The translations under genes and the position numbers were made by a program. This document shows positions 9,466-31,701 of a stretch of 64,000 nucleotides of DNA, one piece after another. Origin of the DNA: a virus (taxonomy: Duplodnaviria; Caudoviricetes); IMG/VR virus record IMGVR_UViG_3300006127_001273, positions 1 to 64,000 of that record, one strand, 5' to 3'. The number at the start of each line of letters is the position of its first letter. Positions within the stretch are counted from its first letter, which is position 1. Below the pieces are notes generated by a model. It searched no databases and had not been told where the DNA came from. It saw nothing but the letters and a program-made list of their open reading frames with translations.

Positions 9466-9689
9466 TGGGTTACGATGTAACAACCTTTTTTCCTTTTGAA
9501 ATTAAGAATGTAGATTGGTCGGCAAAACTAACATTTTGTTTCTGGCCGAGAAGATGTTGGTATAGTAATAAACGAATATGGTTTAAAAAGGCGTATATTG
9601 GAACAGCATGGTTTAGAATCGATACTCAATTGCTGTCATGTACTATTTACGCAGATAAAAATCAATTTATAATACATCAACTATCATAA
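9465..9689 (+). CDS. Hypothetical protein
   Basis: 74 aa, FWPRRCWYSNKRIWFKKAY; translationally coupled; ends at terminator. Confidence 0.55.
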   Translation: MGYDVTTFFPFEIKNVDWSAKLTFCFWPRRCWYSNKRIWFKKAYIGTAWFRIDTQLLSCTIYADKNQFIIHQLS

Positions 9690-9715
9690 TAAAAGGGCTA
9701 AACAGCCCTTTTATT
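9688..9715. terminator. Bidirectional intrinsic terminator
   Basis: AATAAAAGGGCT-AAAC-AGCCCTTTTATT between convergent ORFs. Confidence 0.8.
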
Positions 9716-9964
9716 TTACTTTGTCTTTGCAGGACGTCCACGCTTCTTAGCAGTAGGTTTTTCAACAACCTTCTTTGCCTTTGGCGCAGGCTTTTCTCTA
9801 ACTTTCTTTTCTCTAGTAACCTTAGCCTTTTTAGGTGCAGCTGGTTTAGAAACAACAATATCAGAATCTCCTAAGGTAATCGTAACCGACTCTGATACTT
9901 CGACTTTACTAACAGACTCTTCTGCAGGTTTAATACCAAAGAGCTTCTTAAAAAATCCAAACAT
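9716..9964 (-). CDS. Small Lys-rich histone-like protein with AT-hook motif
   Basis: Amphipathic MFGFFKKLFG N-terminus, K/A/P-rich tail ending KKRGRPAK; AGGAG RBS; perfect TATAAATA at 9986-9993 (minus). Confidence 0.7.
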   Translation of the reverse strand: MFGFFKKLFGIKPAEESVSKVEVSESVTITLGDSDIVVSKPAAPKKAKVTREKKVREKPAPKAKKVVEKPTAKKRGRPAKTK

Positions 9965-9984
9965 TTTTGTTCTCCTTTTGTAGG

Positions 9985-10275
9985 TTATTTATAGTGTCCA
10001 ATTCTCTTAAGACTTGAAACTGGCATATCCCATATATGTCGCTGTTCAACCCCTTTTTCTTGTGCAAATCTCTTTGCATCACAATTATTACACACATGAT
10101 AAAAATTGTTGTTCAGCCGATTATGATCCATTGATCCTTTAGTTCTCTGAAACAATTCTCCACACGAATCGCATCTTAAATTAACTATCGTTGTCTTTCT
10201 TTTGTAGGTGTGAATATTTCCTAACTTACTTAATCTTTCATGATAAGTGATAATAAATTCAGTACCGATGAACAC
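9985..10275 (-). CDS. Zn-finger-like hypothetical protein
   Basis: CDSC ... HVCNNC; GTG start 4 nt after TAAATA (10280-10285, minus). Confidence 0.6.
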   Translation of the reverse strand: MFIGTEFIITYHERLSKLGNIHTYKRKTTIVNLRCDSCGELFQRTKGSMDHNRLNNNFYHVCNNCDAKRFAQEKGVEQRHIWDMPVSSLKRIGHYK

Positions 10276-10299
10276 AATATATTTACATTAAGATTATAA

Positions 10300-21909
<11,610 letters not shown>

Positions 21910-21911
21910 GA

Positions 21912-24900
21912 ATGACGAAGCAATTAATCAATATTGGACAAACAGCAAATGATCGAAGCGGAGATCCATTACGAACCGCATTTATAAAAATAAATGCTAA
22001 TTTTCAAGAACTGTATGGAAACCTACAAGGAGTAATTCCAACACCAACTGGACATATCGGAGAATACCTTACTAATGATGGTACTAATTTATTCTGGAAT
22101 ACAATAACTATTCCCGAAGGTACTTCATTAATTAATACTTCAACAACTGCTCCAACAAGTCCAACAACCGGTGAATTATGGTACGATCCTGTTTCGGGCA
22201 GACTGTATGTTTGGTTTGATTCGACATGGGTTGATGCTGCTCCAGAATTAGAATATACTTTACCTAAAGCTGGTCCGAGTGAATTAGGCGGAATTATTGT
22301 AGGAAACAATTTAACTATCGACGGTGATGGACGATTATCGGCATTGAACGCTTATACATTACCAATTGCTTCGTCGAGTGTATTAGGTGGTATTAAAATC
22401 GGCACTGGCTTAGTTATTTCGGGCGATGGAACAGTAAGTGCAAGTATCAATCAATTAGGAAACTTAACAATAAGTGACCAAACTATTACCGGACACGATG
22501 TTAATGGTGATATTGTTATTTTACCCAACGGAACTGGCTCGTTATCAACTAATAGTATTAAGATTCCAGTTGGTACATTAATTTCCGGTACTAGTACAAT
22601 TATTGCAAATATTGCTAATTTAGTACTTGCAGAAGTTATAGCTCACAGTTCAACTACTCCATTAACAACTGGGGCATATGGTATTACTAATGGTATCTCG
22701 GCACCGTGGACGGTATATTCATTTACAACTACTCCTTCTCCTATATTACAAATTAATGATATCATTGCTGGTGCAGGTATTCCCGTAAACAGTACTGTTG
22801 TATTTGTTGGATCAAATACATATGCAACTTATGTGATTGTTAATACAGATTTCGGAACTACAGAACCTGCAAGCGGAACAATAATAACAACCGCTCGACA
22901 AATTGTTAATGCGGGATTAAGTATCAAAACACTAGACAATACCGATATCACATTAAATGCGGGAGCAAGTGGTAACATTGTTCCGCATAGTGACATCCTA
23001 CCATATACTACTAACATTTGGAGATTAGGTAGCCCGGCACAACGATTTAAAGAATTATGGTTAGGTACCGGTACGCTTTATGTACTTGACGAAACATTAG
23101 GAGTAGACTTAGCAATCGGTGCTCGCGATGGTAATTTATATGTTGAAGGTGGTGCTGGATTACAAGTTGGTAACTTCTTATTCTCTAATAATAAAATTGG
23201 GCTAGTAGATACTTCACAAGATTTATTACTGGGAACAACTGGCGCTACTGGTAAGTTTGTTATCAATAGAAGCACACAAATTAACAGCGGTAATCTTAAC
23301 GTCTTATCTACAGACTTCGGACCAAACGCTAGTCCATTAACTGTATTTGGTACATCAGCATTAGTTAACACAGTTCCGTTGAATAATGCAGGAACAATGA
23401 CACATTGGATCAATCAGGATGGAAATCCATGTAGATTAGTATCTGATAGTTTTGGTACCGGTGCATACAATGTGCTTGCAGGAAGAATGGCACGAGGTAC
23501 ACTCGATACCCCTACTGCTACACAAAGCGGCGATGTGATGATAAGACTAGCCGGTAATGGTTACGGAGCAACTGGATTTAACACATTAGGTATAGGTCGT
23601 ATAGATATTCAAGCGACAGAAAATTATACTGATACTGCTAAAGGTAGTAAGGTAGTATTTTCATTGACTCCGACCGGAACAAACACAATACAATCAAATA
23701 CACTTACATTTGATACTAGCGGAATTAAATTCTTAGCAACAACAAGTGGCGGTACTGGAGGTATTACATTCCCAGATAGTACAAGACAAACTAGCGCGTG
23801 GACTGGATCAATTACTTCCGGACAAATCACTGGAAATATTGTTACTTCGATTACCGCAGGAACTGGATTACAACAAAATACTACTACCGGTGCCATTACA
23901 TTAAATGCAACCGGTGTGCAAAATGTCTATGGTACACAAGCGCAAGTTTATGTAACAGATGCAGGTGGTAAGAATTTAACATTAAGTTTACCACAGAATA
24001 TCGATACATCCTCTAATCCAACTTTTAATAATTTAACAGTAAACAACTTAACAGTTAATGGAACACAAACTATCAATACTAGTGCAAGTATTAATGGTAA
24101 GATCCTTTATCTAGCAAGTAATGCTACATTGTCGAGTCAAATAGATGGTGGTGGTATTATATTAGGAACAGGAAGTTTTGCTCGTTCAATTCTTTACAGT
24201 TTATCTAACGATTGGTGGGATACAGATGGTTCGGGAATTAACACCCAACAATTAACAGCAACCAATGCTACATTAAGTGGTAACATACGAGTTGCAGGAA
24301 CAGCACATTTAGGCACAGCATACGAAGGTATAGATTATCCTAATTCAGATTTACAAATCGATGCTAATGTAAATTCTTATGTTCAATTAGTACAACAAAA
24401 TCACAGCAATGGAACAAATGCATCATCAGATTTTGTAGCAGAAAATGATTTAGGAACAGACGGAACTCATTTTATAGATATGGGTATTAATAGTAGTACC
24501 TATAACGGAACTAGCGTTGGATGGACTGTTAGTGGTGCAAATGATGCATACTTATATAACAGCGACGGCAATTTAACAATCGGTACTGCAACTGCAACAA
24601 AAACTATCGCGTTCCACACCGGCGGTACGCTCCTAAGCAACATTCGCGCTACATTAAGTGACACAGGTTTAAATGTCGTTGGTGATGTAACCGCTGCAAC
24701 TTTACATGGCACATTAACTGGTAATGTAACAGGAAACTTAACTGGTAATGTTACTGGCAATGTAAGTGGTAATGCTGGTACAGTTACTAATGGTGTGTAT
24801 ACTTCGGGAACATACAATAATCCAAATTGGCTCGCATCATTAGCAGGTTCTAAAATTACTGGATATGTTGCAAATGCTACATCTGCAGACAATGCAACTA

Positions 24901-27900
24901 CTGTAACAAACGGTGTATATACAACCGGATCTTACAGTAATCCAAACTGGATTGCTAGTTTAGCATATACAAAAATTACGGGTGCTCCTACCGCAGTTTC
25001 ATCGTTTACTAATGATGCAAACTATGCAACTACTAGTCAGTTAACTTGGGGCAGTATTAGCAACAAACCAACTACACTTGTTTATACATCCGACACTGGA
25101 ACTGTTACTAACACAATGCTAGCTGGAAATATTAGCAATGATAAACTATTAAACACTGGCATAACAATTAATGGAACTACTATAAACTTAGGTGGATCCG
25201 GTACTGTAACAGCAAGTGCAAATACTTTAACTGGAACTACACTAAATTCAAGTATTGTTAATTCAAGTTTAACAAGTGTAGGAACATTAACTAACTTAAC
25301 TGTTACAAATACAATTACAGGTTCTATTACAGGTAATGCAGGTACAGTAACTAACGGCGTTTATACAACTGATACCGGCTCTGTTACTAATGCAATGTTA
25401 GCTGGAAGTATTTCTAATAATAAAATAGCAAATCCATATGTAACGATAAATGGTACACAAGTTAATTTAGGTGCAAGTGGAACAGTAACCGCAGCGGCAG
25501 GAACATTAACCGGAACTACATTAAATTCAACTGTAATTAATTCAAATTTACAAACAGTAGGAACATTAACAAACTTAACAGTAAGTAATCCAATCAGCGG
25601 ATCGATTACAGGAAACGCAGCCACAGTAACTAATGGTGTTTATACAACCAATTTATATTCAAATCCATCTTGGATCACTGATTTAGCATCAAGTAAAATT
25701 ACCGGTGCTACCATGACTATTACTGCCGGCACTGGATTAAGTGGTGGCGGGTCGTTAGCACTAGGTGGATCAGTAACATTAAACAACACTGGCGTACTAA
25801 GTGTAAATGGACAAGCAGGTGCAGTAACTAACATTGCTACATTAACTGGCGGTTATTTAACAACAAGCCAAATTCCTCCAAGTTTATTAGGTGGTGTTAA
25901 TTACCAAGGTACATGGGATGCAACTGCAAATAGTCCAAGTCTAGCTGACGGAACAGGTACTCAAGGTTACGAATATGTTGTAACTACCGCAGGTACTCAT
26001 AATTTCGGTCATGGAAATATTACATTTAATGTTGGTGACTTTGTCATTTATAGTGGAACTGTATGGCAACGAATCCCGTCAGGTGCAAATGTTACTAGTT
26101 TCAATACTAGAACCGGAGCAATTACATTACAAACATCCGATGTTACTAGCGTATTAACAACAGGTTCAGTAACTAACACAATGCTTGCAAATAGCAAAGT
26201 TACAATCGGATCCACTGACATAACATTAGGTAATACCGTAACAACTATTGCAGGTTTAACTAGTGTCACATCGACTGCATTTGTAGGTAATGTTACAGGC
26301 AATGTAAGTGGTAATGCAGGTACAGTGACTAACGGTGTTTACACATCTAGTTCGTATGCAGATCCAACTTGGTTAACTAGCTTATCATACAGCAAATTAT
26401 CCGGTGCGCCTACTGTTTACTCGAGCGTATACTTAGGATCAACTAGTGTACCATTTAATAGAGCTAGCGGGGCGTTAAGTCTTTCGGGAGTTAGTATCGA
26501 TGGTAATGCTGGAACTGCAACTATATTAGCAACTAGTCGTAACATCAACGGTATAGCATTTAATGGTTCAGCGGATATTACAATTACAGCCGCTAATCCA
26601 TACACATTAACAATTGGCACAGGATTAACTGGTACAAGTTACAATGGTTCAGGTGCTATTACGATTGCAGTAGATAACACAGCAGTTATGCTATTAAGTG
26701 GCACACAAACTATTGCAGGTACTAAGACATTCAGTTCAACTATTACAGGTTCTATTACAGGTAATGCAGGTACAGTAACTAACGGTGTTTATACAACCGA
26801 TACTGGAACTGTTACTAACACTATGTTAGCCGGAAGTATTGCTAATAACAAATTAACAAATAGTTCAGTTACAGTTACAGCAGGCACCGGAATGAGTGGT
26901 GGAGGAACTGTTTCTTTAGGCGGAACTATTACATTAACAAATGCCGGTGTTACAAGTGCGGTTGCAGGAACTGGTATTAATGTAAGTTCAGGAACCGGTG
27001 CAGTTACTATTACTAATACCGGGGTTACAAGTATCAATAGCTCATTAACTGGTGCAGTAACTGGCATTATTACTTCGTCTGACACCGGAACTGTTACTAA
27101 TACAATGTTAGCTGGAAGTATTGCTAATAACAAATTAACAAATAGTTCAGTAACAATTGGTACTACATCAATTTCATTAGGCGGAACTTCTACTACATTA
27201 GCTGGATTAACAAGTGTAAGTGCCACAACATTCACAGGTGCGCTAACAGGTAATGTTACAGGTAATGTAAGCGGTACTGCTTCAACTATTACAGGTACGT
27301 ACGGTGGAACATTAACATCAAGCCAAGTTACATCAGCATTAGGATTTACTCCAATACAAACTGCGGTAACAAGTTTAACTGGTACAGCAAATCAAATCGC
27401 TGTTTCGGCAAGCACGGGTGCAGTAACATTAAGTTTACCGAGTGCTGTAACAATGCCGGGCTCATTAACTTTAGCAGCAGGTACAGCAAGTGTTGCTCCA
27501 TTAACATTCCAAACAGGAACAAATCTAAGTACCGCAGTAGAAGGCGCAGCAGAATTTGATGGCAAGGTTTTATACTTTACTTCGAACAATGCAGAACGCG
27601 GCATTGTAAAAAATCCACAAGTGTTTGTTTTAAATGCTAATCATACATTAACTAACCAAGCATCTGTTCAGAGTTTACTTGGTAAGGGAGTTACTATAAG
27701 CAGTGGATTAAGATACTATTACCGTATATTATATACTGTATATCTTTCAAATAGCAGTAGGTTAACAAGTGCTCCTCAATTTGCAGTTGGAGGAACAGCA
27801 GTATTAGCTCAAAATACTTATTGGGTTAACCCATGCGGCAACTCATCACAGACTACTCCTACACAAACATATCAAATGAGTAACCATATTACTTCTGGAT

Positions 27901-28124
27901 TTGCTACAGGTGTTACGATTGCAAATACTACATCAGGTTCGCAGTATTATAGCATCATTATCGATGGGAATCTCGATTGTACAACTGGAGGAACCCTGAT
28001 TCCATATTTTGGATTAAGTACATCGACTCCAGGATCTAGCTCTTATATCCAGGCAGGTGCAATAATGGAAATTTACCCAATAAGTGCAGCAGGTGCTGAT
28101 ACTTCAGTTGGTACTTGGGCATAA
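21912..28124 (+). CDS. Long tail fibre (2070 aa)
   Basis: gp9/gp10-like N-terminus (NIGQTANDRSGDPLRTAFIKINANF); repeated GNAGTVTNGVYT and VTNTMLAGSI(A/S)NNKL shaft modules; Thr/Ser/Gly-rich. Confidence 0.8.
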   Translation: MTKQLINIGQTANDRSGDPLRTAFIKINANFQELYGNLQGVIPTPTGHIGEYLTNDGTNLFWNTITIPEGTSLINTSTTAPTSPTTGELWYDPVSGRLYVWFDSTWVDAAPELEYTLPKAGPSELGGIIVGNNLTIDGDGRLSALNAYTLPIASSSVLGGIKIGTGLVISGDGTVSASINQLGNLTISDQTITGHDVNGDIVILPNGTGSLSTNSIKIPVGTLISGTSTIIANIANLVLAEVIAHSSTTPLTTGAYGITNGISAPWTVYSFTTTPSPILQINDIIAGAGIPVNSTVVFVGSNTYATYVIVNTDFGTTEPASGTIITTARQIVNAGLSIKTLDNTDITLNAGASGNIVPHSDILPYTTNIWRLGSPAQRFKELWLGTGTLYVLDETLGVDLAIGARDGNLYVEGGAGLQVGNFLFSNNKIGLVDTSQDLLLGTTGATGKFVINRSTQINSGNLNVLSTDFGPNASPLTVFGTSALVNTVPLNNAGTMTHWINQDGNPCRLVSDSFGTGAYNVLAGRMARGTLDTPTATQSGDVMIRLAGNGYGATGFNTLGIGRIDIQATENYTDTAKGSKVVFSLTPTGTNTIQSNTLTFDTSGIKFLATTSGGTGGITFPDSTRQTSAWTGSITSGQITGNIVTSITAGTGLQQNTTTGAITLNATGVQNVYGTQAQVYVTDAGGKNLTLSLPQNIDTSSNPTFNNLTVNNLTVNGTQTINTSASINGKILYLASNATLSSQIDGGGIILGTGSFARSILYSLSNDWWDTDGSGINTQQLTATNATLSGNIRVAGTAHLGTAYEGIDYPNSDLQIDANVNSYVQLVQQNHSNGTNASSDFVAENDLGTDGTHFIDMGINSSTYNGTSVGWTVSGANDAYLYNSDGNLTIGTATATKTIAFHTGGTLLSNIRATLSDTGLNVVGDVTAATLHGTLTGNVTGNLTGNVTGNVSGNAGTVTNGVYTSGTYNNPNWLASLAGSKITGYVANATSADNATTVTNGVYTTGSYSNPNWIASLAYTKITGAPTAVSSFTNDANYATTSQLTWGSISNKPTTLVYTSDTGTVTNTMLAGNISNDKLLNTGITINGTTINLGGSGTVTASANTLTGTTLNSSIVNSSLTSVGTLTNLTVTNTITGSITGNAGTVTNGVYTTDTGSVTNAMLAGSISNNKIANPYVTINGTQVNLGASGTVTAAAGTLTGTTLNSTVINSNLQTVGTLTNLTVSNPISGSITGNAATVTNGVYTTNLYSNPSWITDLASSKITGATMTITAGTGLSGGGSLALGGSVTLNNTGVLSVNGQAGAVTNIATLTGGYLTTSQIPPSLLGGVNYQGTWDATANSPSLADGTGTQGYEYVVTTAGTHNFGHGNITFNVGDFVIYSGTVWQRIPSGANVTSFNTRTGAITLQTSDVTSVLTTGSVTNTMLANSKVTIGSTDITLGNTVTTIAGLTSVTSTAFVGNVTGNVSGNAGTVTNGVYTSSSYADPTWLTSLSYSKLSGAPTVYSSVYLGSTSVPFNRASGALSLSGVSIDGNAGTATILATSRNINGIAFNGSADITITAANPYTLTIGTGLTGTSYNGSGAITIAVDNTAVMLLSGTQTIAGTKTFSSTITGSITGNAGTVTNGVYTTDTGTVTNTMLAGSIANNKLTNSSVTVTAGTGMSGGGTVSLGGTITLTNAGVTSAVAGTGINVSSGTGAVTITNTGVTSINSSLTGAVTGIITSSDTGTVTNTMLAGSIANNKLTNSSVTIGTTSISLGGTSTTLAGLTSVSATTFTGALTGNVTGNVSGTASTITGTYGGTLTSSQVTSALGFTPIQTAVTSLTGTANQIAVSASTGAVTLSLPSAVTMPGSLTLAAGTASVAPLTFQTGTNLSTAVEGAAEFDGKVLYFTSNNAERGIVKNPQVFVLNANHTLTNQASVQSLLGKGVTISSGLRYYYRILYTVYLSNSSRLTSAPQFAVGGTAVLAQNTYWVNPCGNSSQTTPTQTYQMSNHITSGFATGVTIANTTSGSQYYSIIIDGNLDCTTGGTLIPYFGLSTSTPGSSSYIQAGAIMEIYPISAAGADTSVGTWA

Positions 28125-28137
28125 GGAGTAAATTAAA

Positions 28138-30327
28138 ATGTTAAATTTTCCAAATAATCCAGTAGACAGCGAAACATATGTTGCACCAAACGGTGTAACA
28201 TATACATTTGATGGTACAAAATGGATCGGTAAAAGTATTATCGCCCAATTAAACAATGGTAGTATTGTAGTAAATCAAAATGGAACTATTACATTCGATG
28301 GCATGTATACTCTACCAGCACACGACGGACAATCTGGACAAGCATTAATTACAAATGGTCAAGGTACTGTTAGTTGGCAAACTGTTAGCGGGTCCGGTGC
28401 CGATACTGGTGTTATTAGATTTGTGAATAATGTTATTCATACCGCTCAAGGACAAAACATTATTATTAATCCAAGCGACGATAGTGACAATAAAATTGTC
28501 ATTCCCGGGCAAGGTAATGGCGGATTATTTGATTTATTATTAGTAAACACCGAAGGCAATGTTACCTCTCAAGCAGGTGCTGCTCTATGGATTTTTGGAC
28601 CAGATGGAACATTTAATCTTCCTCAAAGTGCCGATCAAGGAAATGCTATTGTTCAGTCCCTTTATAATATTCAATTTAATGCTAGTGGCAATGTATTAAC
28701 ACTCGGTGTTGATGGTAGTCTAAGTCTACCGGTTCCAGGAAAACTGGTTCTTCCAACTAACTATCCACTAACGATTACTACAACAAATGACGAAGTTCCG
28801 CCCATGGGGACACATAATTTGAGCTTGAGCGCAGGTAGCATACAATCCGATGCTGTATATCTAGGATTAAGCACAAACGGTAGCCATGGACTTTTCATTG
28901 ATGAAAACGATGGTTATATAGAAGTAGGTAAACTAGGAACTTCCCCTGCTAGGTTTATCTATGATACACATACTCCTGCAAGTAGATTGGGTGACTTTGA
29001 AATTCAAACACTGAGATACGGATCTGGTGGTGAAAGTTCAGTTTGGATTAGTACACAAAGCAGAGATTACCAATGGAGATTTGACGGGTTTGGACAGACA
29101 ACCTTACCAGGTAATATAATATTCCCGCAAGGTAAATTAGGTGTTCCTAACATTAATGGAACTACTGATGCTATTAGATTATACGACTTTGGTAATGAAG
29201 GAACGCAATATAACTATGCTATAGGTTACGAAGGTAGCCATATTTGGTTTAATGTGGATCAAGCGAATAACGATAGTCTAGGATTCAAATTTTACGGTGG
29301 CGGAACACTAGCCGCTAAGATTACCACAGCTGGTAATTTATATATCGGCGGAATTAAATTTAATGACAACACTACGCAAACTACCGCATGGACTGGAATT
29401 TTACCTAGCCCGACGTATAGTGGAAGCAGTAGTATAGGCAATGTAACTCCGGCAGCCCTAAATTTAAATAATACAGGACCGTCGGGACAAGTTGAAACAC
29501 AATTAGCGTTAATCAATACTGCGGGAGGCGGAGGTACTGGAAGTGCTATTGATTTCTTTACTTACACTGATGAAGGTAACGGCGTTCCGGGTGCTAGATT
29601 GCAATCAATAGATGACAACAATTATAGTGCCAATTTTAGTATATCATTAAAAGGTACAGGGAATAATGGTAATAATGGATTAACACCATCTTGGACATTT
29701 GGTTCGGATCAAAGTTTAACATTCCCTGACACTTCGAAAATATTCGGCACAACCATAGGATTAGGATCAACAACATTTGCAGCAGCGCCTGGCGTGCCTT
29801 TAGTATTGCAGTCTTCAGTTTACGATGGTAGTCCTAGTTCTTGGACGTTCGGCACCGACGGTGATTTAACCTTGCCGGGAAATATAGTTGCAAACCGTGA
29901 CGAAGATATTGTTATTAAAACAGAAGGGTATGTAATGAGTAGCCCGCCCGGGTACCAAACAAAATCATTTACATTTGGTGCTAACGGTACTTTAACTGTT
30001 CCAGGAGCGATTACTGGCGGAGAATGGGGGCAATATCTACACCTAATAGGATCTACCACAATAAATCTAGATGCTCCAAGCATCTATATTGGTTACGGTG
30101 ATACTGGCGGACAGGTTTACATAGGTAGTAGTAATACTGCTAGCGTTTCACTTCAATCTCCGCGACTACAGATTCTTGCACATCCACCCAATAGCAGTAA
30201 AGGATCATCTGGCGATTATCTAGGAATGGTAGCATTTAACAGTAACTATATGTTCTATTGCACAAATGCTTATGATGGTACTACGGATATTTGGAAGCGT
30301 GTAGCTTTAACAGGCGGAACTTGGTAA
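28138..30327 (+). CDS. Tail fibre/receptor-binding-like protein (729 aa)
   Basis: LNFPNNP..TYTFDGTKW N-terminus, repeated WTFGxDGxLTxPG motifs, C-terminal SSKGSSGD..YMFYCT..WKRVAL; AGGAG RBS. Confidence 0.7.
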   Translation: MLNFPNNPVDSETYVAPNGVTYTFDGTKWIGKSIIAQLNNGSIVVNQNGTITFDGMYTLPAHDGQSGQALITNGQGTVSWQTVSGSGADTGVIRFVNNVIHTAQGQNIIINPSDDSDNKIVIPGQGNGGLFDLLLVNTEGNVTSQAGAALWIFGPDGTFNLPQSADQGNAIVQSLYNIQFNASGNVLTLGVDGSLSLPVPGKLVLPTNYPLTITTTNDEVPPMGTHNLSLSAGSIQSDAVYLGLSTNGSHGLFIDENDGYIEVGKLGTSPARFIYDTHTPASRLGDFEIQTLRYGSGGESSVWISTQSRDYQWRFDGFGQTTLPGNIIFPQGKLGVPNINGTTDAIRLYDFGNEGTQYNYAIGYEGSHIWFNVDQANNDSLGFKFYGGGTLAAKITTAGNLYIGGIKFNDNTTQTTAWTGILPSPTYSGSSSIGNVTPAALNLNNTGPSGQVETQLALINTAGGGGTGSAIDFFTYTDEGNGVPGARLQSIDDNNYSANFSISLKGTGNNGNNGLTPSWTFGSDQSLTFPDTSKIFGTTIGLGSTTFAAAPGVPLVLQSSVYDGSPSSWTFGTDGDLTLPGNIVANRDEDIVIKTEGYVMSSPPGYQTKSFTFGANGTLTVPGAITGGEWGQYLHLIGSTTINLDAPSIYIGYGDTGGQVYIGSSNTASVSLQSPRLQILAHPPNSSKGSSGDYLGMVAFNSNYMFYCTNAYDGTTDIWKRVALTGGTW

Positions 30328-30328
30328 T

Positions 30329-31114
30329 ATGCAAGCCTATGCCATAGTGTTAGAAGCTAGTGAGCTTGCTCGGCAGATATTTGCTGAGGCACGAACGTCT
30401 GCTGAACAGTATGGTATTACATTAGAACTACATCCTGCTGTTCTAGGTTATAATAGTCGACCATTATTTGAAGAGTACGGTATAGATAAGTTTCTAAATT
30501 ATACTATAATTGATAAACCAGGACACCAAGGCTGTTTTCTTAGCCATTTTCAACTGTGGCAGAAATGTCTAGAATTCGACGAACCTATCATAATCTTAGA
30601 ACACGATGGTATATTCATTAGGCCCTTGCCCGAAGATGTGTTAGATCATTTTGATGAAGTGTTAAGATTAGACTGCTACCAGTGGTTTAAAGAGGGTTAC
30701 AACGATCAAGTCGAAGCTAGTTTATCTAACTCCATAGGTTATACCCGCAGACCCGCAGACTACTCGTGGCACAGTTCGGGCGGATATTATGTTGGTGCTT
30801 ACGGTTACATAGTCAAACCCCAAGGTGCGGCCAAGCTCATAGAACATGCACAACAACGAGGTGTAGTCTGTACAGAAGCGCACCTAGGATTAGATATTGT
30901 TGACATAGTTTCAACTACTGCTACGGTGGTTCGTATGCACGATCATTATATAGAGCAAGATGAAACCGAATGGCAAAAATATAGCACAACTAATAACTTA
31001 GGACTGGTTATGCAAGGTGCTAATTCAATGCAAAATGCCACTTACGTAAGCCCTAAAAAGTACAAAGAATTGAATACTGCTAAAGCGGTAAATACTAAAA
31101 AGGAACGAACATGA
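30329..31114 (+). CDS. Glycosyltransferase family 25
   Basis: GCFLSHFQLWQKC, IIILEHDG, GAYGYIVKPQGAAKLI: GT25 (Lic2A/LgtB-like) motifs. Confidence 0.8.
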   Translation: MQAYAIVLEASELARQIFAEARTSAEQYGITLELHPAVLGYNSRPLFEEYGIDKFLNYTIIDKPGHQGCFLSHFQLWQKCLEFDEPIIILEHDGIFIRPLPEDVLDHFDEVLRLDCYQWFKEGYNDQVEASLSNSIGYTRRPADYSWHSSGGYYVGAYGYIVKPQGAAKLIEHAQQRGVVCTEAHLGLDIVDIVSTTATVVRMHDHYIEQDETEWQKYSTTNNLGLVMQGANSMQNATYVSPKKYKELNTAKAVNTKKERT

Positions 31115-31665
31115 CATTACAACTAGTAAATTTAGGAAATTATGCTAACGACGGTACTGGCGACGATTTACGAACTGCCTTTCAAAAAGTTAATGCTAAT
31201 TTTACTGCATTAAACACCGAAACTAATATTTCTAATGGTGCTAATTTAGGATCCGGAGTCGGTCTTTTCAAAGATCGAAATGTTGCAAATTTAGAATTTA
31301 AAAGCCTAACTAGCACAGGAAATACTGTTGCTATTACGAGTGCAGCAAATACAGTAAATCTAGAAACCACTACTACTCTAGAAAACGATCTCAATCCTAC
31401 ATTAGCTGGAACATTGAATCTTAATGGAAATTATGTTTACGGAGGCGATGTTCAAACTTCAATTTTCGGTATTAATATTCCGATTATTGCGGGATTATTA
31501 GAATTAATTTTACAATCTAATCAGCTAATAGTAGATATGGGAAGTGTTTTATCCCCAGCAGGATCTAAAGTTTCCGGAGATAGAGGTACTGTTTTAGATT
31601 TAGGATACATTGCAGATCCAGTCTATTCAAACAATAATCTAAATTTCGGCAACATCGTAAACTAA
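31111..31665 (+). CDS. Baseplate/tail protein with gp9/gp10-like N-terminus
   Basis: VNLGNYANDGTGDDLRTAFQKVNANF; TAAATA at 31089-31094; AGGA RBS. Confidence 0.7.
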   Translation: MTLQLVNLGNYANDGTGDDLRTAFQKVNANFTALNTETNISNGANLGSGVGLFKDRNVANLEFKSLTSTGNTVAITSAANTVNLETTTTLENDLNPTLAGTLNLNGNYVYGGDVQTSIFGINIPIIAGLLELILQSNQLIVDMGSVLSPAGSKVSGDRGTVLDLGYIADPVYSNNNLNFGNIVN

Positions 31666-31701
31666 AAATAGCGATAAATACTGCTATAAAAGAGAGCAAG
31701 T

